From: Octopus sinensis
Lineage: Eukaryota
Direction of reading: 5' to 3'
Length of the DNA: 64,000 bases
Assembly (NCBI RefSeq): GCF_006345805.1
Contig: NC_043004.1
Coordinates: 91,512,001 to 91,576,000, forward strand
The notes beneath the pieces were generated by a model that had not been told where the DNA came from, did not search any database, and saw nothing but the letters and a program-made list of their open reading frames with translations. How positions within the stretch are numbered: the stretch's first letter is position 1; every line of letters begins with the position of its first letter. The position numbers and the translations under genes are program-made. This document shows positions 41,239-53,289 of this stretch, in pieces.

Positions 41239-41778
41239 CAGGAGATCCCGCTTTATAAATCCACCCACTTAATGTATCCAAAATGGGTTTGGATGGAATT
41301 TTTACACATAAAATCTCTCATTTAATAAATCCAAACCATTGCTTAGTAAATCCAATTCTTGTTTCTTCCTAAAGTGTCAACAAGTAGCAGCGAACAAATG
41401 AAGTGGTTATTTTTTTTTCTTGCTCTTACATACTGACAAGTAAATTCCAGCAGCCACAGCCAGCCAGCTGTCATGTGGTACACACCATCATCCAAAAATG
41501 AATCAAGAATGTTACAAAGCTCTTGGGAAAACAACTCAGCGGGAAGCAGCACAGAGTTTGGGTATTTCAAAAAGTCTGCTCCAGAATTTTCTAAAGAATG
41601 AGGGTGACCGTCGTGCCAAAGAACACGGTGGTTGTTCATCAAAGAGAAAGCACCAATGAGAGGGAAAGGTCCAACAAATAGACCGTGCTCTCTACGATTG
41701 GTTTCAGTTTATTCACTTGAGAAACATCCCCGTCAATGGCATGATCCTAATGCACAAGGCCAACACCTTTGCTCAACC
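41239..41778 (+). mobile_element. pogo/Tigger-like DNA transposon 5' fragment (CENP-B-type HTH pseudogene from 41498)
   Basis: TA|CAGG end; TQREAAQSLGISKSLLQNFLKN...GKVQQIDRALYDWFQFIHLRNIPVNGMILMHKANTFA with one stop. Confidence 0.75.
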
Positions 41779-42859
41779 AGTGTTGGTGTTTTTATGTCCC
41801 CATAACATACCAGTTCAGCAAAAGTGACTGATAAGTGCCAGTCTTAAAAAAAAGTAATAATAAGTACTGGGGTTGATTCCTTCTATTAAAAGGATTCCTC
41901 AAGGTGGTGCCCCAGCATGGACACAGTCTAATGACTGAAACAAGTAAATGATAAAAGACAAAAGATAGGTGATTCCTCTGTCAACAAGCCATTGATTGAT
42001 ATGTTTAGGTTCTATAGTTTATGTAGATGTGTACATTATCTCTCTATGAATGCAGACAGACGTAGAGAGATAGAGAGTGTGAAAGCGCTGTCGAAGGCGG
42101 GGAGATATAGGACGTTATAAAGAGAAAGTGAAGAGAAGGGAGGTAGACGCTGTGAAACGACGTTATAGATAGAAAGTGTATCCTTATCAGTCAACGTCCA
42201 CAATTCCATGTTTGCATGGGTCAGATGGAATTTGTCAAGGCTGAATTTGTTTGTGGCTAGATGCTCTTCTGGTTGCCAAACCTCATACACAATAATATTT
42301 TCCTATGACCAGATATATTTACATGGAAGACTGGAAAGGTAAAACATCACTTCTATGATGGTGGTGCTTATTCACGACCATCACATGATGTCAAGACAAG
42401 GGTGCGCACTGGCACACACATACATATACATGTATATGTGAAGGCTTTCTTATAGTTTCTGTCTACCAAATCCACTTACAAGGTTTTGGTTGATCTGGAG
42501 CTAAAGTTGAAGACACTTGGCTGAGGTGGGCCTGAACCCAAGATTGTAGGGTTGGGAAGCAAACTTCTTAACCACGCAGCCACATTTGCATATCTCTATA
42601 TAGCAATTGAAGAGAATCTGTACCAAAGAATAAAAGAATTTAACTTGGAGGTTTAATAGAACTTGGTCAACAGTACAAGATTGTTGTTTTTGCATAAGAA
42701 ATTTACAAATTTTCAAGGCGAGAAAGTCTTATTGCTAAAGATAGCAATTATATTTTGAATGAATAAATATATTTGATATGATTATGCTGATTAGAATTCA
42801 TTATATGAAATGTGACATATAATATATATCATATTATATATATATATATAATATATATA

Positions 42860-42892
<33 letters not shown>

Positions 42893-42925
42893 CTTTATTT
42901 AAAGCAGCAGAAAATTCAACAAAAT

Positions 42926-42963
42926 CTGTTACTCTGAGTTTCCCGTTGCCGTTCATCGGACAG
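42926..42963 (-). ncRNA. Minimal type I hammerhead-like motif (CCGAUGA core)
   Basis: CTGT CCGATGA ACG GCAA CGG GAAA CTCAGAG TA ACAG. Confidence 0.65.
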
Positions 42964-42971
42964 TTTTTGCT

Positions 42972-43007
42972 TGTCCGATGAACGCAACGGGAAACTCAGA
43001 GTAACAG
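42972..43007 (+). ncRNA. Minimal hammerhead-like motif (inverted partner, stem II damaged)
   Basis: TGT CCGATGA ACGCAACGG GAAA CTCAGAG TA ACAG. Confidence 0.55.
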
Positions 43008-43109
43008 ATTTTGTTGAATTTTCTGCTGCTTTAAATAAAGCATATTACTCTACCACTGGTATTTGAGTAATCTTTTTTCCACCTTGTTTCACATTTATGT
43101 GTTTACTCC

Positions 43110-43159
<50 letters not shown>

Positions 43160-43599
43160 ATATGTATGTATAATATATTCTTTTATTATTTTATTTGTTT
43201 CAGTCATTTGACTGTGGCCATGATGGAGCACCACCTTTAATTGAACACATCAACCTCAAGACTTATTCTTTGTAAGCCTCGCTCTTATTCTATCAGTCTC
43301 TTTTGCCTAACTGCTAAGTTACGGGGATGTAAACACACCAGCATTGGTTGTCAAGTGATGGTGCGGGGGACAAATACAAACACACACACACATACACACA
43401 CGCGTGCGCGCGCACACACGCACACACATATATAATATACGACAGGCTTCTTTCAGTTTCCTTCTACCGAATCCACTCACAAGGCTTTGGTTGGCCTGAG
43501 GCTATAGTAGAAGACACTTGCCCAAGGTGTTACGCAGTGGAACAACCCAGAACCACAAGGTTGAGAAGCAAGTTTCTTACCACACAGCCACTCCTAATA

Positions 43600-43641
<42 letters not shown>

Positions 43642-43648
43642 GTATATA

Positions 43649-43781
43649 TACTTTATTTAAAGCTGCAGAAAATTCAACAAAACCTGTTACTCTAAGTTTA
43701 ACGTTCCCATTCGTCGGACAGTTTTTGCTATTTGAGTACTCTTTTTTTCCACCTTGTTTCACATTTATGTGTTTACTCCGG
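43649..43781. mobile_element. Deleted copy of the 42.9-kb unit (minus-strand HHR-like motif at 43684-43721, G12 mutated)
   Basis: CTGT CCGACGA ATG GGAA CGT TAAA CTTAGAG TA ACAG; same tail ending ctccgg. Confidence 0.65.
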
Positions 43782-43905
43782 TGTAAATGTATATATATAA
43801 ATAAAATTTAATACATAATATACATAATATACATACATATATAATATATACATACTATATATATATATATATATATATATATTATCTATATATATAATAT
43901 AGTTG

Positions 43906-43942
<37 letters not shown>

Positions 43943-44002
43943 ATGCACACTCACCCACATCTATCAATGAAAAAAACAAACACACACACATAGAGGCTGC
44001 AG

Positions 44003-44054
44003 AACAGTTGTTGACTTAAGCATTCATTAATGAATGCTTAAGTCAACAACTGTT
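44003..44054. repeat. Perfect 52-bp spacerless palindrome
   Basis: aacagttgttgacttaagcattcatt|aatgaatgcttaagtcaacaactgtt. Confidence 0.95.
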
Positions 44055-44117
44055 ATCTAGAAATATAATTTTTATGAAATGCTCTGAGCGGTCTTTTCTT
44101 TCATTTGTACACTTCAA

Positions 44118-44155
<38 letters not shown>

Positions 44156-45337
44156 TGTGTGTGTGTGTGTGTGTGTTAGGGTGTATAAGTATAGCCGTAT
44201 TTCGTCTGCTGTTACGTTCTGAGTTCAAATTCCGCCGAAGTCGACTTTGCCTTTCATCCTTTCGGGGGGTCGATAAATTAAGTACCAGTTACGCAGTGGG
44301 GTCGATGTAATCGACTTAATCCGTTTGTCTGTCCTTGTTTGTCCCCTCTGTGTTTAGCCCCTTGTGAGTAGTAAAGAAATATATAAATATATATGTATAT
44401 AAGTACGATAGATGCACTAATACACACATATATCTATTTATATGTGTATGCGTGAATGTGTGTGTGTTTGTGATATGTGTGTCTGTGTGTTTGGGATATG
44501 TGTGTCTGTGTGTTTGCGATATGTGTGTGTGTGTGATTTGTGTGTGTGTGTGTGTGTTTGTGTGCATGTATTATTCAAAAGTTGACACAATTCCTGTTTT
44601 AATTTTTGCTTAAAGATCTCTTAGTGATTCCCATTAGCCCCATATTACTACTCATCATACTGAACATTAAAATATCCTTGATCGAATGGCCATTCCAGAA
44701 TCTTCCACGTCTTAATTCTCCACCTGCCCTCAAACCTTCTACTACTTCAATGAAATCTCTGTAGCACCAGCCTTGTTTGTTACTGCAAATTGTTAATCGG
44801 GGAGGAACACACCACAGAATACCATGTTTATCTATCATTACAACACTTTATATGTTCTGACTGCTGATGTGAAGATTTACACAGCACACAAACATAGAAA
44901 TGGTCAGACAGCTGTCCCTGGCATCTGTTTCTTACAGAGATCTGTTATCAGTATGCATTTAGATTTAGGTTATATTTTTGGTATAAAGATAGATATTATA
45001 TGAGTAATCTACTTATACTGTTTTTTTTTTTTTCATTTGAGAGCATTTTAAATATAGAAAAATAGCTTGTATACTTAACTGGTATTTTACATAATTTAAC
45101 TGCTTGCTTTTTTTTTATTATTTTATTTATTTTTTGATTGTTGATTACTAAAATTCTGAACTATAAAAGTATGGTTAAAAAATGGGGTAAAACTGGAATA
45201 TATTTATACTCACAATAACATGATGTATAAAATTCTGTTCTGCAATATGTAATGCGTACATACATAATGTGTGTGCTTGTGTCTGTGTATATATATATAT
45301 ATATAATATATATATATATATATGTGGTGTAGTGTGT

Positions 45338-45389
<52 letters not shown>

Positions 45390-45517
45390 GAGTGAAAGAT
45401 GGGATGGACGGTTCGTTTTTGTGCTGGTGCCCCACTATGTCGTACGCGACTGTGAGGATTTGCATCCCCAACGTACAATTTATGATGTAATACATGTCCT
45501 TGAAGTAGTAATTGAGC

Positions 45518-45595
45518 GCGGCTGAAGAAGGCCATAGACACACATCATGCATTGTTATAAATCCGTCTAATAAAGGCCCGAAACATATGTACCGC
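45518..45595 (+). ncRNA. Type I hammerhead-like motif, canonical core, large stem II insertion
   Basis: GCGG CTGAAGA A GGCC..TAGAC/GTCTA..GGCC C GAAA CATATG TA CCGC; stem III is the palindrome ACATATGT. Confidence 0.75.
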
Positions 45596-45718
45596 TGAAT
45601 CCTTGGCATCATGTTTTTATTTTGATTAATATACTCCACCACCTACACCACCAAATGGTATATACAGGTGCTTACAATTGTCAAGTACTCACCCTGAATT
45701 TTTATGTGTGTGTGTATA

Positions 45719-46240
45719 CCGTAAATCCTCGATTATAATCTGCATTTTTTTCCCAAAATTTAAAGGTCAAAATCCCTAGTGTGTACTATATACGAGGTTA
45801 AAAAAGAAAAATATTTTCTAAGCAATGTCTGAGTCTCTATTTGCTGTCCGGCAATGTTTATTCAGACGCATTTTGTGATGTTGGGCGTGAAAATACCTTA
45901 AGCTAAGCCTGAAAGCAATGAAGTCATAAAAGAATCATCCATAACTTGCAGTAAGCAACATTTATTAAAATAAAAGTATTCAGAACACAGAATAACATGT
46001 AACAAAAACAATTTGCAAACATATTCACACTCCCCTATAACAGTTAAGAACATCACTATTATTGTATTACGCATATGTGGAAGTGTTTGTTCGACTAGGT
46101 GCTGCTGGCTTAATTACACACGGCTCAAGTTAGAGAAGGGGTGCGTATTATACACAAGGTTTAGGTTTTTCAGAGGTACAGCCCCCTAAAAATCCCCTGC
46201 ATATTATACTCAAGGGTGGACTATACTCGAGGATTTACAG
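45719..46240. mobile_element. Tc1/pogo-type MITE
   Basis: 22-bp TIRs (19/22 match) ccgtaaatcctcgattataatc / gactatactcgaggatttacag; TA on both sides. Confidence 0.85.
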
Positions 46241-46261
46241 TATATCTATGTGACTGTGTGT

Positions 46262-46560
46262 GTGCTTCCATCATTGTGGACAATAACCAAGAGCATTATA
46301 TGGGAGAAGATGGGACATAGTGTGTTCAGTGGTCACCAATCAGTCTGTTGCGTGCAGGGAAGGCTCTGCCACAAGTTGGGCACTGGTAGTCTGTTGGGAC
46401 TGAAGGCAAGGCGTTGCCTCTGGACTTCTGTAGTTCGTGTTTTCTTTGTGCCTCTGCAAACCTGTTCCGTATGGTGGTCTTGTGTTTACGTTTCCGGGAT
46501 TGATCTCAAAGCTCTTCAATGAGGTTTTGAATGTGTCCTTGAGGTAATTTTTCTTTCACT
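46262..46560 (-). mobile_element. RTE (BovB-like) LINE 3' end with C2H2-type motif
   Basis: YLKDTFKTSLKSFEINP...DYQCPTCGRAFPARNRLIG. Confidence 0.75.
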
Positions 46561-46812
46561 GTGAAGAGGAAATTGCCATATATATATTTATATATATATG
46601 TATATACATGCATATATTAAATATGTATGTGATTGTGTTAGTTCTCCTCTACCATTTGATAACCAGTGTTGGCATATTCACGTTCCTGTAATTTAGCAGT
46701 TTGGCAGAAGAGACCAACAAAATAAGTACCAGGCTTAGAAAAAGTGCTGGGGTAGATTTATTCAACTAAAAATTCTTCAAAGCAGTGTCCCAAGTAAAAG
46801 ATAAAAGATATA

Positions 46813-46953
46813 TTGTTTGACGAACAGGAATGTGAAACTCTGAGTAGCAGTTCTTATGATGTTTTTGCAGCTTTATTAATAAAGCATATTACTCTACCTC
46901 TGGTTTTGAGTACTATTTTTTTCCCACCTTGTTTCACATTTATGTGCTTACTC
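46813..46953 (+). mobile_element. Older copy of the 42.9-kb HHR unit (HHR-like motif at 46813-46850)
   Basis: TTGT TTGACGA ACA GGAA TGT GAAA CTCTGAG TA GCAG, then the shared tail. Confidence 0.65.
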
Positions 46954-46954
46954 T

Positions 46955-47000
<46 letters not shown>

Positions 47001-47002
47001 AT

Positions 47003-47368
47003 AGGTGCAGGAGTGGCTGTGTGGTAAGTAGCTTGCTTACCAACCACATGGTTCCGGGTTCAGTCCCACTGCGTGGCACCTTGGGCAAGTGTCTTCTACT
47101 ATAGCCTCGGGCCGACCAAAGCCTTGTGAGTGGATCTGGTAGACGGAAACTGAAAGAAGCCCATCGTATATATGTATATATATATATGTCAGTGTGTGTG
47201 TGTTTGTCCCCGCTTGACAACCGATGCTGGCATGTTTACGTTCCCGTAACTTAGCGGTTCGGCAAAAAGAGACCGATAGAATAAGTACTAGGCTTACAAA
47301 GAATAAGTCCTGGGGTTGATTTGCTCGACTAAAGGCGGTGCTCCAGCATGGCCCTAGTCAAATGACTG
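47003..47368 (+). mobile_element. SINE family A
   Basis: tRNA-like head and conserved body. Confidence 0.85.
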
Positions 47369-47377
47369 CATACATAT

Positions 47378-47600
47378 ATTCTTTATATGAGTTCGTGTGT
47401 TGAAGCATATTCTGTTGCGTCTAGGGAGAGTCATTTTCTTTTTGTGCCTGATAATGAGAGTCAAGACTATTGAAAAGGTTGCAAGATGCAGTGAAAATTT
47501 TAGGAAAATAAAAATAAGAAAGAAGTGGAAATTTTACTGGTGAGTGTGTTAAATTATAAGGCACAAAAAGAAAATGACTCTCCTCAGACACAACAGAATA
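47378..47600 (+). mobile_element. pLTR-like unit with inverted 5' copy of its own tail
   Basis: ~42-bp inverted repeats at 47408 and ending 47600; left extension matches the tail seen at 19480 and 54970. Confidence 0.65.
47467..47503 (+). ncRNA. Minimal type I hammerhead-like motif, U3:A8 core
   Basis: CTA TTGAAAA G GTTGC AAGAT GCAGT GAAA ATT T TAG. Confidence 0.6.
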
Positions 47601-48076
47601 CATTACACACACATATATATATACATACAGATACAGACACAGAGACAAAGAAACGTATTAACAAATATGTGACTGCAGGAAGAAGTGGTCGTTAAAACGA
47701 GTTGCTTCCCACTCAAGTGGCATCAGATTCAGTCCAACTGCATGTATATTGAGCATCTTTTACTGTAGCCTTGGGCTGACCAAAATCTTGAGAGTGGATT
47801 TGGCAGACGGAAACTGAAAGAAGCCTGTCGTTTTTTATTCTAATATACCTATTGCGAAAGGCGGCAAAATCGTAAGCTCGCTGGGCAAAATGTTTGGCAC
47901 CCTTTTTGTCTATCGTTACGTTTTGAGTTTAGGTCGACTTTGCGTTTCATCCTTTCAGGGTCGACTAAGTATGGACCAGTTGAGAATAGAATTGATATAG
48001 TCGACTAGCCCTATTCCCCGAACTCGTAGGCCATGTGCCAAAATTTGAAATTAATTTGTTGCGTGGATGTGTGTTT

Positions 48077-48115
<39 letters not shown>

Positions 48116-48302
48116 AGCCTATTTTCCCATTCTTAACAGCAAGAGATAGTTGTAGATATCTTCGAACAGTGTCATTCATTTCCAATCTCATACGAAAACA
48201 CATCTGGTCTTAGGAAGTATTACTCTGTTGGAAAACAAATTCCGTCTGACACATGCAAACAAGAAGTGGTCGTTAAAACGAAGATGATATATTACATGTA
48301 CA

Positions 48303-48538
48303 AAAGGCGGCGAGCTGGCAGAAACGTTAGCACGCCGGGCGAAATTCTTAGCGGTATTTCGTCTGCCGTTACGTTCTGAGTTCAAATTCCGCCGAGGTCG
48401 ACTTTGCCTTTCGTCCTTTCGGGGTCGATTAAATAAGTACCAGTTACGCACTGGGGTCGATATGATCAACTTAATCCCTTTGTCTGTCCTTGTTTGTCCT
48501 CTCTGTGTTTAGCCCCTTGTGGGTAGTAAAGAAATAGG
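48303..48538 (+). mobile_element. SINE family C, full length, 15-bp TSD
   Basis: TSD tatattacatgtaca at 48288-48302 and 48539-48553. Confidence 0.9.
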
Positions 48539-48646
48539 TATATTACATGTACATGCGCATACATATCTGTAGGAGATTTGTATGTATGTGAGTGTATGCA
48601 TTTATGCATACATACATACATTTACGCATAGATATATATACATACG

Positions 48647-48710
<64 letters not shown>

Positions 48711-49132
48711 CGTATGTATATATCTGTGTAAATGTATGTATTTATGAAGCTCGCTCTGAGATCTCTAACCTGTTTTAGTTTCAACTAGAATTATCCCCCC
48801 TTTATTGTTTCCACTTGGCCATTCTCACTTTATGTCGAAGTGTCTCACACGTTGTCCAGTATTTTGGTAAACAAATATAATTTGTTAGTAAACATTACAT
48901 GTCACTTAGATACCTACTTGTAGGTAGTACAGTAGCTCACGTGGGTAGATGTATTACTGAAACAAACATACTATTTTAAACGGACAAAGCTAACTTAATA
49001 CAAGTAATAATTCCACACATATGTGTATGTCATGACTCATGCACTGTTCTTTTCCTGACGCTTGTACATTACCCTATGTACTATACATACACTTTAGATG
49101 AGTTGTAGTGCACCTGAGCACTGTACACAATG

Positions 49133-49191
<59 letters not shown>

Positions 49192-49776
49192 GCTGAATGT
49201 TAGTAGAGTGTATTTAACATGTTTAATATAACCACAAGGGCTCCACCTCTGCGGTTGTGGTGTGGAAGGTACTAAAGATTAAACCGATCTGATACCTGAA
49301 TAGTTCTTTATTTTATCGACTCTGGGAGGACCAAAGGCAAAGTTGACCACGAGGAGAATTTTCTTTTCCTTTCGATCCTGGAGTAAAGCGTTGAGTCCCC
49401 AAGGCCGTCACAGACCGTTTGAGAGCGTAATATCATCGTATTCGTGTCCGGTTGCTAAGGTGATAGAGATAATACGGCAACCGATTTGCTTTTTCTTATC
49501 CGATGAAATACTGAGTAATGTGTAACGTTGTAACCTGGAGTTAAAAGAGATGGGGTGGAGAGTGGTTTCTACGTAAATTTCATGGATGTTGGTAAAGCTG
49601 TCGAGTTTAGTGACAATAAAAGGGCTGTCCACTACCTTGGACAGAACAGCGAAGTCGATAATGTGACAACATACATTACATACATACATACATATGTATG
49701 TATGTAGTATGTATGTATGGTTATTATATATATATATATATATATAGATGTATATATATATATGTATATATATATA

Positions 49777-49807
<31 letters not shown>

Positions 49808-49817
49808 ATATATATAT

Positions 49818-49965
49818 TAGTTTAAATCTGTAGAAAAACAAAGACGGAAGACAGGTGTAGGTACAACGAACAAGTGTATTAGTTTGACGCTCGGAAAAAA
49901 ATGGAAAAGTCTTTTACGTTTCGAGCCTACGCTCTTCGACAGAAAGCAATAAGAAGAAACCCACA
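49818..49965 (-). mobile_element. pLTR-like unit with minimal hammerhead-like motif (49911-49946)
   Basis: CTTT CTGTCGA A GAGC GTAG GCTC GAAA CG TA AAAG; tail runs into (TA)n; related tail fragment at ~40283-40370. Confidence 0.7.
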
Positions 49966-50489
49966 GAGAATGGGGGGGGGGGCGTGTTGAGTTCAGTGGT
50001 GTGTGTATACGTGTACGTGTTCGTGCGCTCGAGCGCGTGCGTATCATTTTTTAAGGCCGCGTTAATGGGACATAACTCCTTGTGTCAAATAGCAGCGAAA
50101 CCAAGAAAAAAAAAAAAAGCAAAACAAAATGAAAATAAGCCTCAGGTGTATGCAATAAGCAAGCAAATATATAAACAAACAGTGAAAGGTAAAAAAAAAA
50201 AAAAAACAGTAACCCAGTTACATATAACAAAATATATAGAAATATGTTTGTCTTCGAGTGAACGTGATTCGCCTTTTCACAAATATTAATAATCATGTAA
50301 AAAGTCGATGCGAGTCGGAACGTTTACGCGTCTATATATCAGTATACGTATAAGTTGGCAAATTACTCCAGGCACTTTATGTATATATATATATTATATG
50401 CATGCATAAACAATATATACACATATGTATGTTTATATATACGTATGTATACATTTGTATTTATGTATGTATGTATGTCTCTCTTTTTC

Positions 50490-50880
50490 TCTTTTTTTAC
50501 TCTTTACTCTTTTTACTTGTTTCAGTCATTTGACTGCAGCCATGCTGGAGCACCGCCTTTAATCGAGTAACTCGACCCCGGGACTTATTCTTTTGTAAGC
50601 CCAGTACTTATTCTATCGGGGACATAAACACACCAGCATCGGTTGTCAAGCAATGCTAGGGGGACAAACACAGACACACAAACACACACACGCACATATA
50701 TATATATACATATATACAACGGGCTTCTTTCAGTTTCTGTCTACCAAATCCACTCGCAAGGCTTTGGTCGGCCCGAGGCTATAGTAGAAGACACTTGCCC
50801 AAGGTGCCACGCAGTGGGACTGAACCCGGAACTATGTGGTTGGTAAACAAGCTACTTACCACACAGCCACTCCTGCGCCT
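50490..50880 (-). mobile_element. SINE family A with internal deletion
   Basis: Reverse-complement match. Confidence 0.85.
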
Positions 50881-51463
50881 ATATGTATGTATGAATGAAA
50901 GTATGTATGTACAAAGTAAAAGAACAAAAACAAAAAATAGAGCTACACTCGATGTACTCCCACTATCTCTTCATTTCTCGCAGTTTAAATAACAATAATA
51001 AAAAATGCTATTTTTCTTACACATATGGTCTGTATTGAATATACTTTAAACTATTGACTATTATAACAACCAGTATCTTAAATATATTGCATTGATGTAT
51101 AACTTTGCACGTATATGGATGAATTTATGCATATGGTCAGTGGTTTAATGTATATTGTTTTAGTAACTATTAACTCGGCAATTTTTATAAGAGACTGTGT
51201 GAACCGATGAGTGTGTGAATGTAATTCTCTACATTTATGGTGAATATACTCTTTACTCTTTACTCTTTTACTTGTTTCAGTCATTTGACCGCGGCCATGC
51301 TGGAGCACCGCCTTTAGTCGAGCAAATCGACCCCGTGATCTTTTCTTTGTAAGCCCAGTACTTATTCTATCGGTCTCTTTTGCCAAACTGCTAAGTGACG
51401 GGGACGTAAACACACCAGCATCGGTTGTCAAGCAATGCTAGAGGGACAAACACAGACACACAA

Positions 51464-51496
<33 letters not shown>

Positions 51497-51574
51497 ACTG
51501 ATCCCCCTCTTTATTTTTTTTTTTTACCCATTGTCAGGAACTTTTCAGCACCCCTCGGAGATCAGAAAGTTTCT

Positions 51575-51790
51575 CCAAGTCGAGTCGCTACTTTTCTGCT
51601 TTGGGTGGTCACAGCTCCAGAACCACGGACCTGTGATTTGAATGTGGCAGGAAAGGATCGCAAAGCAGATTCTCAAGCCAAAACCAACTGGCAGGTATAC
51701 TAGGAGCAGACCAAGAACGAGATGCTTGGATAATATCCGTAGTCTCCAGTGGCCAGGCCTGGAAATCCAACCGATAACTCTAATGACGGT
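51575..51790 (+). mobile_element. RTE-clade LINE C-terminal remnant
   Basis: MWQERIAKQILKPKPTGRYTRSRPRTRCLDNIRSLQWPGLEIQP. Confidence 0.65.
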
Positions 51791-52490
51791 TGTTTTTTTG
51801 TTTTTTTTATAGGACTCTATGGAGAAGGTGCCTGAGGATTCCGTCTCCACGTCCTTTTCGGGAATCCTTTCATTCGAAAGAACGGATGGTTAGTTACTGA
51901 TCTCATTTTTCACATTAGATGTAGCAATACGCTCCAATATCTTACGTTTTGAATGGAGCGGGTTTAAAAACATGATAAATAAAGTTTTGATAAAACAAAC
52001 AAAACAACCGTGAATTACATAACAGTTTTTATTCTCTTCAGTTAATCATTGATAAAACAATTTTGGAAGGAAAAACCCGGAATTTACCTACACCGTCTAC
52101 AACTCCAACCATAAGAAGTCTGTTGGTGAACGTGACCAAGGCATTGTTGCCAACGATTATCAGTGTTGGACAACCCGTATTTCTAAAAGGCCGGTGTCTT
52201 AGCATAACTAAGTAAAACCTTTGTCGACCGTCCGTTGATTTTCTAAAGGTATATATGGCTTTCATACATCAACACAGTTTACTAGATTTATTGTTAATTC
52301 CTATCCTTTCTTTTATCCTTTTCCGGTGAGATGTGGCACGCCTGTGTAAGCTGTACAATAAGCTCTTGGTGGCGATCTGACAGAATCGTTTGTGCATCGG
52401 ATAGAAAGCTTCGCAGGATTTCTTCTGGCTCTTTACATTTTGAGTTCAGACTCCGTCGAGGTCGATTTTGCCTTTCATCAGGGTTCATAA

Positions 52491-52629
52491 AATAAGTATC
52501 AGTTGAACTCCGGGGTCAATTTAATCGACTAGCCCCTTACTCCTAAAATTGCTGGTCTTGTGCCAAAGTTTGAAACAATTATTATTATTTTTATTATTAT
52601 TGTTGTTGTTATTATTATTATTATTATTA

Positions 52630-52666
<37 letters not shown>

Positions 52667-52883
52667 TTATGGTTTTTTCTTCTTCTTTCAAATTTGCTTC
52701 CATTCTTGTCGAGTGTCTTCCCGACTCCTAGGGCAAAGAAGACACTCGGCAAGAAATGGAAGCAAATTGAAGAAGAAGAAAAAACCCATAAATAATAATA
52801 ATAATAATAATAATAATATAATAATAATAATAGTAATAGTAATAATAATGATAATAATATAATAATAATAATAATAATAGTAA

Positions 52884-52920
<37 letters not shown>

Positions 52921-53023
52921 GATAATAATAATAATAAGATAATGATAATAATAATTAATAATAATAATAATAATATGATAATAATAATAATAATAATAAT
53001 AATAAAATAATAATAAAATAATG

Positions 53024-53057
<34 letters not shown>

Positions 53058-53085
53058 TAATAATAATAATGATAATAATAATATG

Positions 53086-53126
<41 letters not shown>

Positions 53127-53213
53127 TGTTTCAAACTTTGGCACAAGACCAGCAATTTTAGGAGTAAGGGGCTAGTCGATTAAATTGACCCCGGAGTTCA
53201 ACTGATACTTATT
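52491..53213. repeat. Large imperfect inverted duplication (SINE fragment + (ATT)n + unique segment)
   Basis: Outer 90 bp identical in inverted orientation; 17-nt central spacer at 52721-52737. Confidence 0.9.
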
Positions 53214-53289
53214 ATTATTATTATTATTGTCATTAGGTATTCCTAACTTCAGCAGTTTCTGAGATAATGAAATGGACAATTAATTTGTT

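Larger units (their letters stand above)
42891..43111. mobile_element. Non-coding pLTR-like unit: inverted hammerhead pair plus ~70-nt tail in (TA)n
   Basis: Arms 42893-42962 and 42972-43040 with a 9-nt spacer. Confidence 0.75.

Noticed and set aside
47408-47600. Apparent MITE with 42-bp TIRs
   Set aside because: One repeat extends into a tail shared with copies that lack the left arm, there is no TSD, and an internal HHR is present. It is better explained as an inverted pLTR.
52038-52265. Non-repetitive-looking open frames on both strands with plausible splice signals
   Set aside because: No identifiable homology; cannot be supported without RNA-seq or a similarity search.
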